From the IMG/VR virus record IMGVR_UViG_3300024287_000001, positions 1 to 44,990 of that record: a stretch of DNA of 44,990 nucleotides; one strand, 5' to 3'. This DNA comes from a virus (Duplodnaviria > Caudoviricetes). The notes beneath the pieces are model-generated. The model searched no databases. It was not told the origin of the DNA and saw only the letters and a list, made by a program, of their open reading frames with translations. Positions 1 to 8,421 of this stretch are shown piece after piece. Positions within the stretch are counted from its first letter, which is position 1; the number at the start of each line of letters is the position of its first letter. Both the position numbers and the translations under genes were made by a program.

Positions 1-127
1 TTTCTCATGCTGCAATACGGAGACCCGGCAACCGCTAAGCAGAAGCTGGATCAGGCAACCGTAAAGGTAAAGCAGCTCGCTGAAACTCTCGGCATTCGAG
101 CCGGTTCGGGAATCGATAAGCAGCTGA
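1..127. repeat. Terminal overlap identical to 44864-44990 (circular assembly artefact)
   Basis: Exact 127-nt duplication inside a continuous ORF; 127 is a common de Bruijn k-mer size. Confidence 0.93.
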
Positions 128-690
128 AGAGCTGGGCACTCCATGTCGCAATGGATGGCTGGGATGATTCCCGGCTGCGCTGGGATATGGGCAAGTGGCT
201 GAACTTCTCTGGCGATGTCCGCCAGGGCGAGGGAGGCGAAGCCCTGGACAAGCTCAAGGAGTACACCTATAACATGGGTGTCACCATGACAGGCAAGTGG
301 TACGCAGACGCCGCCCGCGCTATCGTGCGCGGGACTGGAACTCAGCAGGACTATGAGGATCAGGTAAGGCGTGCAGCGAAAACCATGTTCCCCGAATGGA
401 GCAAGCAGCTTGACTCAGGCCAGACGGTTGCGGATATCGCCAATCCCTATTTCAGCTCGATGGCTCAGATCCTGGAACTGCCTCCGGGAAGTATCAATCT
501 CTTCGACCCGACCATCAAGAAGGCTCTTCAGAACAAAGACAAGGTGACTGGCGCCAATAGCGTCAAGCCTTTGTGGCAGTTCGAGAATGACCTCAGAAGC
601 GATAGCCGCTGGAAGAGCACACAGAATGCGCAGAACTCGATGATGCAGATTGCTCATCAAGTCCTTGCCGACTTCGGCGTTAAGACCTAG
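1..690 (+). CDS. 3' part of the ~433-aa transglycosylase-domain internal virion protein that starts at 44252
   Basis: In frame with the GTG at 44252 across the junction; C-terminus aligns with 42943-44250 (QLDSGQTVADIANPY vs QIDSGMTMKDIASPY; LRSDSRWKST vs LRNDPRWRST). Confidence 0.85.
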   Translation, partial: FLMLQYGDPATAKQKLDQATVKVKQLAETLGIRAGSGIDKQLKSWALHVAMDGWDDSRLRWDMGKWLNFSGDVRQGEGGEALDKLKEYTYNMGVTMTGKWYADAARAIVRGTGTQQDYEDQVRRAAKTMFPEWSKQLDSGQTVADIANPYFSSMAQILELPPGSINLFDPTIKKALQNKDKVTGANSVKPLWQFENDLRSDSRWKSTQNAQNSMMQIAHQVLADFGVKT

Positions 691-698
691 GAGGATAG

Positions 699-1775
699 AT
701 GAGCACACCGGTCGGGGGCAATTCCTCCACGGCTGACGTCCTCAAGATGCAGCTGACGGCTATCAATGCCACGGTCTCCGCCCTTGCCGGTGGTCTGCAA
801 AAGGCTAAGGCCGATCTGGCCGCAGCCCAGAAGGCTGGCAATAAGCGGTACATCTCCAGGGTTCCGCAGCTTACTGCTGAATACGAGAGAGCCGTAAAGA
901 AGCAGACGGAAGTCCAGACGAATTACTACAAGGAAACTGGACAGTACGAGAAGCTTCTCAGTGGCACCGACCGTGACGCCTATGCGGCGGTCACGGCCCT
1001 GTTCAAATCTTATGGGCTGGAATCTCTGGCCGGTAAGGTGTACGACTACGTGAAGAATGGTTATAGCGCTGACACTGTTTCGATCCTGCTTCAGGACACC
1101 AAGGAATACAAGGAACGATTCGCAGGCAACGAGGCTCGCCGGAAGGCGGGGCTGCCTGTCCTGTCAGCGGGCGAATATCTTGCTACTGAAGCAAGCTACC
1201 GACAGATCATGCAGTCAGCCGGACTCCCGTCCGGCTTCTACGACCAGCCTTCCGACTTCAACAACTGGATCGGTGGCAATGTCAGCCCCTCGGAAATCCA
1301 AACCCGGGTGGATCTGGCTACTCAGGCTACGATCCTCGCTAATCCGGATTATAAGAAAGCTCTGAACCAGATGGGCATTGCCGACTCTGACCTCACCGCA
1401 TACTTCCTGGACACCAAAAAGGCTTTGCCTTATATCCAGAAGGCTGCGGCTACTGCTCAGATCGGTGCTCAGGCTCTCGCTCAGAACCTTGCGTTCGACC
1501 AGGCGTATGCAGAATCGCTGGCAACCAAGGGGATTACAGCGGACCAGGCTGGCCAGGGCTATGCTCAGATCGCAGGAGAAGCCAAGACGCTTGGGAACCT
1601 TGCGAGCATCTACGGCACCACGTACACGCAGAGGGAAGCCGAGCAGGCCACCTTCGAGGGCGGCGCAGGCGCCACCAACAAGCGCAAGAGGCTTGCCTCT
1701 CAGGAGCGAGCCAACTTCAGCGGTGCTGCTGGCACCGGCAGCCAGGGCCTTGGAGGCCGTGGCGGAGCAAGGTAG
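699..1775 (+). CDS. Internal virion (ejection/core) protein, distant paralog of the two upstream proteins
   Basis: SD AGGAGG; Ala/Gln-rich; VKNGYSADTVSILLQDTKEYK resembles VKAGWSAEKFQAELRDTKWWK. Confidence 0.65.
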   Translation: MSTPVGGNSSTADVLKMQLTAINATVSALAGGLQKAKADLAAAQKAGNKRYISRVPQLTAEYERAVKKQTEVQTNYYKETGQYEKLLSGTDRDAYAAVTALFKSYGLESLAGKVYDYVKNGYSADTVSILLQDTKEYKERFAGNEARRKAGLPVLSAGEYLATEASYRQIMQSAGLPSGFYDQPSDFNNWIGGNVSPSEIQTRVDLATQATILANPDYKKALNQMGIADSDLTAYFLDTKKALPYIQKAAATAQIGAQALAQNLAFDQAYAESLATKGITADQAGQGYAQIAGEAKTLGNLASIYGTTYTQREAEQATFEGGAGATNKRKRLASQERANFSGAAGTGSQGLGGRGGAR

Positions 1776-1794
1776 CAGTAAGCGGCTGTGGACG

Positions 1795-1930
1795 CAGACT
1801 CCCCCGCAGGTTCACAACCTGGCAGTCGCACCGAATCAGAGATCGACCGGCCCTCATGATTCGTAAGTCTAAGTCCGGGATCATTCTGGCGAGCGAGCCT
1901 GACCTCCCCTGGTCAGTGTCTATGGCGCCA
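1795..1930 (+). ncRNA. Structured leader upstream of the scaffold/capsid genes (possible pseudoknot)
   Basis: Hairpins 1807-1821, 1832-1863 and 1899-1916; loop GAUCGACCGG can pair with CCGGGAUC at 1875-1882. Confidence 0.45.
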
Positions 1931-1948
1931 CCATTTAGGGAGATGCAA

Positions 1949-2434
1949 ATGAACGACGCATGGGGTTACGACGACAACGAGCAGACCGAGCCTGGCCACA
2001 ACGATGGGCCCAAGGCTCTTCGGGATGCATACGCAGCTCAGAAGAAGGCGAATGAGGAGATCATGGCAGAGCTCGCCGCGATCCGTCAGGAGCGAGCCAC
2101 TGAGAAGCTGTCGTCCGTCTTCAGCGAACTGGGCGTCCCGGATGCAGCCAAGCTGTACACCGGTGAGCCTGACCCGGAGAAGGCCCGCGCATGGGCCGAA
2201 TCCATGCGAGCCGCCTTCGGCTCTGGTAACGCCCAGGGAGCTACCACTCCTGCGGCCGTTCCTACTCCGCCTGCCCTGGACGGGCAGACGCAGCAGCAGT
2301 ATCAGCAGATGACTCAGGCAGGTGTTGACGGCAATGCCGTCACATCCTTCGAGGCCGCCAGCGCTGGCGTAGCCAGCGCGCAGAACCTCCAGGAACTGAT
2401 GGCGGCTATGAACGCCGCGCAGCACCTGCAGTAG
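1949..2434 (+). CDS. Capsid scaffolding protein
   Basis: SD TAGGGAG before ATG 1949; acidic N-terminus, coiled-coil, directly upstream of the capsid gene. Confidence 0.8.
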   Translation: MNDAWGYDDNEQTEPGHNDGPKALRDAYAAQKKANEEIMAELAAIRQERATEKLSSVFSELGVPDAAKLYTGEPDPEKARAWAESMRAAFGSGNAQGATTPAAVPTPPALDGQTQQQYQQMTQAGVDGNAVTSFEAASAGVASAQNLQELMAAMNAAQHLQ

Positions 2435-2458
2435 TCATCCTTCCCTTAGGAGTGATTC

Positions 2459-3490
2459 ATGGCTAACGCCTTTACCGGCACTGGGGCAATGAGCAACATT
2501 GTCCAGACCGCTTACGACCGCGCGCTTGAGTTCGCCCTGCGTGCACAGCCGATGTTCCGCCAGGTCGCTGACAAGCGTCCCGTGCAGCAGGCCATGCCTG
2601 GTTCCTCGGTCGTCTTCTCGCTGTACCAGGACCTTGCTCAGCAGATCACCCCGCTGAATGAGCTGGTCGACCCGGACGCCGTTGCGGCCGGTAACCCGAC
2701 CACGGTCTCCGTGACTCTGAACGAGTACGGTAACTCGATCCTGGTCTCCAACAAGCTGGACCTGCTCAGCTTCACCGACGTGACTGCTGGTCTCGTCAAC
2801 CAGGTTGCGTGGAACCTGATCGACTCCGTTGACCTCATCGTCCAGAACGTTCTGGCTGCGGGTACGCAGACGGTTCGCCTTGGTGGTGGCACGACCGGTG
2901 GCCTCTTCGGCTACGGCTTCGGCACCACGCCGACCAACCCGGTTGCGCTGAACACCATCGGTGGTGCGGCTGACGCCAACATCGCCAACTCTTCGATGAA
3001 CTCCACGGTCGCCCGTGCGTCCGTCGTTCAGCTCCGGACCAACAAGGTCCACCCGAACAAGGGCTCGATGTTCACCGCGTACATCCACCCGCAGGTCTCT
3101 TACGACCTGCGCCGGGAAACTGGTGCGGCTGCGTGGCGTGACCCGCACAACTACTCCGCGGCTGACAACATCTGGGCTGGTGAGATCGGCGCGTACGAGG
3201 GTGCTGCGTACATCGAGACTCCTCGCGTGCAGAACGTCCAGTCGGGTGCTGCGTACTCCGGTGCGTCGGCTCCTGCCGGTGCCTCGCGTGTTTACAACAC
3301 CTACTACACCGGTCAGCAGGCCCTTGCTGAGGCGGTTGCTGAGGAGTTCCACACCATCCGCGGCCCGGTGGTTGACAAGCTGACCCGCTTCCAGCCGCTC
3401 GGCTGGTACGGCGTGGCTGGGTGGTCTTTGTACCGCCCGGAGTCCCTGATCGTGGCTCAGACTACGTCGACCCTGCGGCCGACCAGCTGA
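2459..3490 (+). CDS. Major capsid protein (HK97 fold)
   Basis: 343 aa, strong SD, biased codons, motifs TLNEYGN, AYIHPQVSYDLR, GEIGAYEG; followed by a hairpin. Confidence 0.92.
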   Translation: MANAFTGTGAMSNIVQTAYDRALEFALRAQPMFRQVADKRPVQQAMPGSSVVFSLYQDLAQQITPLNELVDPDAVAAGNPTTVSVTLNEYGNSILVSNKLDLLSFTDVTAGLVNQVAWNLIDSVDLIVQNVLAAGTQTVRLGGGTTGGLFGYGFGTTPTNPVALNTIGGAADANIANSSMNSTVARASVVQLRTNKVHPNKGSMFTAYIHPQVSYDLRRETGAAAWRDPHNYSAADNIWAGEIGAYEGAAYIETPRVQNVQSGAAYSGASAPAGASRVYNTYYTGQQALAEAVAEEFHTIRGPVVDKLTRFQPLGWYGVAGWSLYRPESLIVAQTTSTLRPTS

Positions 3491-3500
3491 TAACCCCAAC

Positions 3501-3526
3501 GGGGAGCCCTCCGGGGCTCCCCTTCT
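3501..3526 (+). terminator. Hairpin/leaky intrinsic terminator after the capsid gene
   Basis: GGGGAGCCC-TCCG-GGGCTCCCC followed by TTCT. Confidence 0.65.
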
Positions 3527-3544
3527 CGGACCCTAGGAGGTTCA

Positions 3545-3880
3545 ATGTCCGCATGGAACTCGAACGGTCTTACCGTTCGTACCACCGCCGCAACGACTGA
3601 CACCATTCTCGCAACGGATGACGTCATCGTTTACACGGCTGGCACGGCCAAGGCTGTCTCGCTTCCGAGCGCGGCCCTGTCCACCGTCCAGCTCGGCAAG
3701 GTCTACCGAATCGTCAACGCTGGCGCCGGTGCCCTGACCATCACTCCGACTGCTGGCACGATCGATGGTGCTGCCACCCGAGTCATGGCCACCGCCCCGA
3801 CAGCCGGTACGCCCGGCTGCCAGCAGATTGTCAGCGATGGCACCAACTGGCGCAGCATCTCGTACGTTGTCGGCGCGTAA
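3545..3880 (+). CDS. Putative capsid decoration/minor structural protein
   Basis: SD AGGAGG; Ala/Thr-rich beta protein directly after the capsid gene. Confidence 0.6.
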   Translation: MSAWNSNGLTVRTTAATTDTILATDDVIVYTAGTAKAVSLPSAALSTVQLGKVYRIVNAGAGALTITPTAGTIDGAATRVMATAPTAGTPGCQQIVSDGTNWRSISYVVGA

Positions 3881-3895
3881 CTAAGGAGGGGCCTC

Positions 3896-4279
3896 ATGGC
3901 CACATGGCTATTCACCACGCCTACGGTCTCCGAGGCCCCTTTCGCGTGGAACGATCTGCACGTCCGGTATCGCATGGACAGGGGAGTCTCAGTCCAAGAA
4001 GTAGCACCCTGCCAATACGAACTGGTTCGTTACGACGCGTACACCAACGAGCTGGGGGCAGAGAACCTGCCCCCGACTCCGAACCAGAACACAGACTTCT
4101 GGCCCGTCCCGTCCGCCGGGCTGAATTACTTCAGGGGCGGATATGAATGGATCGTCGACAGTCCCACTCGGGCCTGCCTGATCAACTCATTTCCCCAGAC
4201 GGGCATTACCGCAGCCAACTTCACTCTCGTCCCTGATGGGGACGCGATTGATCTGACAGTAACGGCGGTGGAATTTTGA
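3896..4279 (+). CDS. Virion protein, probably the N-terminal part of a fibre/spike split from 4276-5196
   Basis: SD AAGGAGG; ends at GAA TTT TGA overlapping the next frame. Confidence 0.7.
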   Translation: MATWLFTTPTVSEAPFAWNDLHVRYRMDRGVSVQEVAPCQYELVRYDAYTNELGAENLPPTPNQNTDFWPVPSAGLNYFRGGYEWIVDSPTRACLINSFPQTGITAANFTLVPDGDAIDLTVTAVEF

Positions 4280-5196
4280 GAGACATACAGCTATCTCAAG
4301 TCACGGCTGCTCAGTCCCTCGGATTCTCCCCCGATGGCTCGGTGATGTTCGTACCTCAGATCATCGAAGCAGGCCGACAGTTCCCTGGGGAACCGGCCCC
4401 AGTTCCCTTTGCCCAGAGGTCCCTTCAGGGGGACATCGCAATCAACCGCCTGGACGCCACCACGGGCCAGCTGCTGGACTTTCAGTACCTCCTTGGTGCC
4501 GGGCATGGCACGAGTGCTGCTGTCGCCCCAGACGGGCGCCTGTGGACTGACGCAGATGCCTCTAGTTCTGGCTTCGCGAGGGCGCTGTGTCTCCTGAACT
4601 ACACACCAGGGGCCATTACTCAGTCCAGCACCACGAACATCGTCAGGCCGTTCGGGCCTGGCACCCATGGCATGTCCTGCGCGATCGACATCCTGCACAA
4701 CAGGTTCGTTGTCCGCCAGACCTTCCCGGATCCTGGCGATGGGCGCAGGCACACGCTGTTCGCGCTGGACGATGCCATGAATCTGTACTTCGGCAGACCA
4801 CTGGCGGTCATCAACCAGGCAGCCAATCAGCCGCCGAACACTCCGGGCGCTATCGGCACGGCTCAGGGCATGACGACCTATGGAGACTATATGTACTCCT
4901 ATGAGGGCGACATCGACCTGAACAACACGTACCTGTCCAGGCTGAACTGGAGCACCGGAGCCACCGAGCAGAAGGTGTTTGTCGGAGTCATGTCTGACAT
5001 CACCCCACGCGAGCCTGAAGGGCTCGCTGTGCAGCAGTTGGCGAATCCAGTGGACAACAAGCTTGTCTTCGGGCTGTCGGGCGGAACCGATGGCGCCAAG
5101 AAGTACAACCTGGCTTACATTCCAACGATCGCACCCATCGCGCTACCCGGTGAATTCGGGCGGGGCGGATACGGAACAGGAGGATACGGCGAATGA
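4276..5196 (+). CDS. TagC/P68-RBP-like beta-propeller, candidate teichoic-acid receptor-binding domain
   Basis: Motifs QSLGF, GDIAINRLD, YLLGAGHG, LWTDADA, QGMTTYGDYMY, REPEGLAV; TTG start with a weak SD. Confidence 0.65.
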   Translation: MRDIQLSQVTAAQSLGFSPDGSVMFVPQIIEAGRQFPGEPAPVPFAQRSLQGDIAINRLDATTGQLLDFQYLLGAGHGTSAAVAPDGRLWTDADASSSGFARALCLLNYTPGAITQSSTTNIVRPFGPGTHGMSCAIDILHNRFVVRQTFPDPGDGRRHTLFALDDAMNLYFGRPLAVINQAANQPPNTPGAIGTAQGMTTYGDYMYSYEGDIDLNNTYLSRLNWSTGATEQKVFVGVMSDITPREPEGLAVQQLANPVDNKLVFGLSGGTDGAKKYNLAYIPTIAPIALPGEFGRGGYGTGGYGE

Positions 5197-5831
5197 GCGT
5201 AACGCCCATCCCGGACGGCACTCCTGACTGGGGTCCGATCCTTAATGCTCAGCTCAACGACCTTCAGCAGCAGGTGACGAGCAACTTCAGCACTCAGTCA
5301 ACCAGCGGCTGGACCCCAGAGGATCAGGGCCTTATCGCCTGGACCGTTGACCCCGCAACCGTCGCCTCCACTTTGGCTGTGCCGACGGGAAGTCTTCAGA
5401 TGGGCATGGTGTCCATCAAGAAGGCCGTCACTGCAGTCAACATCACCATTGGCGTCCAGACCGCCCAGGTGACCGGCACTGCTGGCCAGAACTTCGCAGC
5501 CATCTACAACTCCGCCGGAACCCTGCTTGGGCAGACGGCTGATCAGACGACCGCATGGTCAACAACCGGCAACAAGGTCATGACCCTGAACGCCATCACT
5601 CCACTTCAGCCGGGCAAGTACTGGCTGGCCCTCCTGGTCAATGGCGGTGGCGCAGGTCCCGTCATCCTTAGGGGCGGATCGGTCACCAACACGGTCCTCA
5701 TCAACATCGGAACCCCGACAAACGCCAGGCGCTTTGCGGTGTTCGGTTCAGGGCTCACGGCCCTGCCCCCGACCTTTGACCCAACGCTCATCACTTCAGG
5801 AGTCAACTCCTGGAACATGCTTCTAGCATAG
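5193..5831 (+). CDS. Minor structural/fibre protein
   Basis: ATGA overlap; N-terminal DWGPILN motif common in actinophage fibre proteins; beta-rich. Confidence 0.6.
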   Translation: MSVTPIPDGTPDWGPILNAQLNDLQQQVTSNFSTQSTSGWTPEDQGLIAWTVDPATVASTLAVPTGSLQMGMVSIKKAVTAVNITIGVQTAQVTGTAGQNFAAIYNSAGTLLGQTADQTTAWSTTGNKVMTLNAITPLQPGKYWLALLVNGGGAGPVILRGGSVTNTVLINIGTPTNARRFAVFGSGLTALPPTFDPTLITSGVNSWNMLLA

Positions 5832-5839
5832 GAGGAACC

Positions 5840-6019
5840 ATGGCAGCGAAGCCCAACAAGAAGGCCCCGCTTGGTCAGGGTGGTCGCTTTGCAGCGGTCG
5901 CCAAGGCTGCGGGTGGAGGCGAGAAGGGTGCGGCCATCGCCGCAGCCGCAGGACGCAAGAAGTACGGCAACGCCAAGATGGCCAAGATGGCTGCGGCTGG
6001 CAGGAAGAAGGCCAAGTAA
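5840..6019 (+). CDS. 59-aa very basic Ala/Lys/Gly protein (absent from the ORF track)
   Basis: SD AGGAGG; MAAKPNKKAPLGQGGRFAAVAKAAGGGEKGAAIAAAAGRKKYGNAKMAKMAAAGRKKAK; TAATG coupling to the next gene. Confidence 0.85.
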   Translation: MAAKPNKKAPLGQGGRFAAVAKAAGGGEKGAAIAAAAGRKKYGNAKMAKMAAAGRKKAK

Positions 6020-6267
6020 TGAGCGACGCAGAGAACTACGACCCCGCCAAGCAGCCGTGTGACCCGAAGTGGTACACCGACCCTGCTTGCCACCCGATCG
6101 ATGGTCCTGGTGGATCCACCATTCTCGTTGAGAACAACGAGAAGGGCATCCTTGAGACCAACCTCTTCCGAGTGATCGCCATGCACCAGCAGGCGCCGCT
6201 TGGTTCCGACCATGACGCAAGCCGTCAGGGTATCTACACCACCAACTCCATGGGAGACAACGACTAA
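6019..6267 (+). CDS. Hypothetical protein
   Basis: Translationally coupled ORF in the late operon. Confidence 0.75.
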   Translation: MSDAENYDPAKQPCDPKWYTDPACHPIDGPGGSTILVENNEKGILETNLFRVIAMHQQAPLGSDHDASRQGIYTTNSMGDND

Positions 6268-6268
6268 C

Positions 6269-6490
6269 ATGCCTCCGGTTCAGAAGAAGACTGAAGCGAC
6301 CGAATCCCTCCTGAAGGTGGGAGACCTGGTGCACCTCGTGTCCGGTGGTCGCACGCTGACCAATTACGAAGTGCTCGCAATGGACGACCGCTTCCTGAAG
6401 CTCAGCGCCAACCCGCAGATCGCTCCGCAGACCGACGTTATCCTGGTGCCCTGGGGTGCCCTTGAGGTATTGGGGCTCCCTAATGGCTGA
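6269..6490 (+). CDS. Hypothetical protein (small beta-barrel-like)
   Basis: ATG 1 nt after the previous stop; LKVGDLVHL motif. Confidence 0.7.
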   Translation: MPPVQKKTEATESLLKVGDLVHLVSGGRTLTNYEVLAMDDRFLKLSANPQIAPQTDVILVPWGALEVLGLPNG

Positions 6491-6605
6491 CCCGATCCGC
6501 TGTCCTGCGTGTGGGCAGATCTACGGCAACTGCAAGTGTGGGCGCGTGACGCCCACCTGTCCTCAGTGTGGCCGCACCTTCGAGGGGTGCACATGCCGCG
6601 GATGA
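6483..6605 (+). CDS. 40-aa Cys-rich protein with a duplicated CPxCG-x5-CxC motif
   Basis: MADPIRCPACGQIYGNCKCGRVTPTCPQCGRTFEGCTCRG; fills the gap, ATGA overlap with the next gene. Confidence 0.7.
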   Translation: MADPIRCPACGQIYGNCKCGRVTPTCPQCGRTFEGCTCRG

Positions 6606-6862
6606 AGTCCAAGAAGAACTGCACCTCCGGGTGCATGGTGGGTGGTCACAAGAGCTGGGGTGAGTGCATGCGGTCCAAGGGATTGCAGCTCTCCCCGGCA
6701 GTGAATGGTGACTATGGCGTCAGGCAGAAGGCTTGGGACAAGGAGCTCGCCAGCTACGACGACGCAAGGCGCCAGGGCGTTGAGCCCCGAGGCACCAAGC
6801 AACACCTAATCGATGAAGCCATGGCGACGAGCCAGGAAACGGGAGTCGCCTACAAAGCCTAG
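6602..6862 (+). CDS. Hypothetical protein (CxxxC...H...C motif)
   Basis: ATGA-coupled start MKSKKNCTSGC. Confidence 0.7.
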   Translation: MKSKKNCTSGCMVGGHKSWGECMRSKGLQLSPAVNGDYGVRQKAWDKELASYDDARRQGVEPRGTKQHLIDEAMATSQETGVAYKA

Positions 6863-6871
6863 GGGAGTCAG

Positions 6872-7471
6872 ATGTCAGCAGAGAATACAGTCCGGATTGA
6901 CGGAACCAGTGTAGTCAATGTCAGCGGTACAGTGACTACCGCCAACACGTCTGCCACGCCACTCTTCGTCACTCAAGGCACTGCGCCCGGTCAGATCTAT
7001 ACGACCCTGATCAGGAACACCCTGGGCGTTGTCGCGGCCAACAACTTCCTGTCGCTCTTCAATCCTCTCGGCAGTGGAAAGAATGTTGTGGTCGCTCAGT
7101 TCGTATGCTTCCCGTATGCGACCGCAGCCACTTCGCCCACCGATAACATGGAAGTCTGGCGCACATCTGCCGCTTCTGCTGGCACTCTGCTGGCTGCCGC
7201 CAACATCGGCAAGTTCAATACCAGCCAGTCGAACTCTGTAGCCGAAGTTCGAACTGGTAACCCGACCACCACCCTGGTGGGTACAATTCCCGTTCTGGCC
7301 ATCCCTCCGGCCGTAACCTCTGCCGCCGCTGGCATCAGTTCCACTATCAACATCATTCCGCCCTCCGGCTCGCTCTTTATCTGCCAGCCTGGCGAGGGCG
7401 TCGTGGCCCGCACCCCCGCGGGTGCGGTCGGACAGGTCTGGTCCCTCGGTTTCTCGTGGGCTGAAATCTAA
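6872..7471 (+). CDS. Structural protein
   Basis: SD GGGGAG; Thr/Ala/Val-rich beta protein. Confidence 0.65.
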   Translation: MSAENTVRIDGTSVVNVSGTVTTANTSATPLFVTQGTAPGQIYTTLIRNTLGVVAANNFLSLFNPLGSGKNVVVAQFVCFPYATAATSPTDNMEVWRTSAASAGTLLAAANIGKFNTSQSNSVAEVRTGNPTTTLVGTIPVLAIPPAVTSAAAGISSTINIIPPSGSLFICQPGEGVVARTPAGAVGQVWSLGFSWAEI

Positions 7472-7479
7472 GGAGAACA

Positions 7480-8412
7480 ATGGCTGTTACATTCGACATG
7501 GTTGCGCAGCGGGTGAAGCAGCAACTGCTTGGCTACACTCGGAGCCAGGCTTCAATCTCCTACCTCGCGCAGCCTATGACGAGCACCGACATCACGTTCC
7601 AGGTTGACCCCGAAACGGTGACCAGCCTCAGCCGTGGCATTGCTGAGATCAATGACGAGCTGCTGCTCATCAAGAAGTACGACAAGCAGACAGGCTTGGT
7701 CACCGTCATGGCGGGGCTGAACGGCAGGGGCGTTGAAGGCAGCACGCCCGCTTCCCACTCCGCCTCGGAGATTGTGACCGCGGATCCCCGGTATCCCCTG
7801 GTCCGTATCAAGGAAGCCATCAACGACACGATCTCTGCGATCTATCCAGACATCTGGATCTTCGGGGAGTTCGAGTTCAACTACGTCGCAGCAAGGTGGG
7901 AGTACCCGCTGCCGGTTGAGGTCGAAGATGTGTACAAGGTGACTTGGAACACCATCGGCCCGTCCGCCATCTGGCGTCCGGCCAGGACCTACAGGTTCAA
8001 CCCTCAGGCTTCAACGACTCCGGGCCAGGTCAAGCCGACCCCGACGCCCACAGGCAAGACGATCCAGATCCTTGACGGAGGCATCGTTCCCGGGCGGGCA
8101 ATAAGGGTCACGTACATCACGCAGCCGCGTGAGATGAACGCAGGCGATGACCCCTTCGAGCTGACCACTGGCCTGCCTGAGCGAATGATCGACATGATTG
8201 TATATGGCGCCTGCTGGCGCCTGCTGCCCGGCTGGGAAGCTGGCCGACTTCAGCAGCAGTCCATCGAGTCCACCGAGCGTGCACCTCTGGTGCCTACTGG
8301 TGCGGCTTCGGACGCATCCAAGTACTACCTGGGCCTGTATCAGCGCAGGCTTGATGAGGAGAGGGACCGTTTGTTCCGCCTGTTCGAGAACTTCCAGACT
8401 TTCAATTCCTAA
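7480..8412 (+). CDS. Tail adaptor (tubular protein A-like)
   Basis: SD AAGGAG; size, position and C-terminal MIVYGACWRL helix typical of podovirus adaptors. Confidence 0.6.
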   Translation: MAVTFDMVAQRVKQQLLGYTRSQASISYLAQPMTSTDITFQVDPETVTSLSRGIAEINDELLLIKKYDKQTGLVTVMAGLNGRGVEGSTPASHSASEIVTADPRYPLVRIKEAINDTISAIYPDIWIFGEFEFNYVAARWEYPLPVEVEDVYKVTWNTIGPSAIWRPARTYRFNPQASTTPGQVKPTPTPTGKTIQILDGGIVPGRAIRVTYITQPREMNAGDDPFELTTGLPERMIDMIVYGACWRLLPGWEAGRLQQQSIESTERAPLVPTGAASDASKYYLGLYQRRLDEERDRLFRLFENFQTFNS

Positions 8413-8421
8413 GGAGCGACC

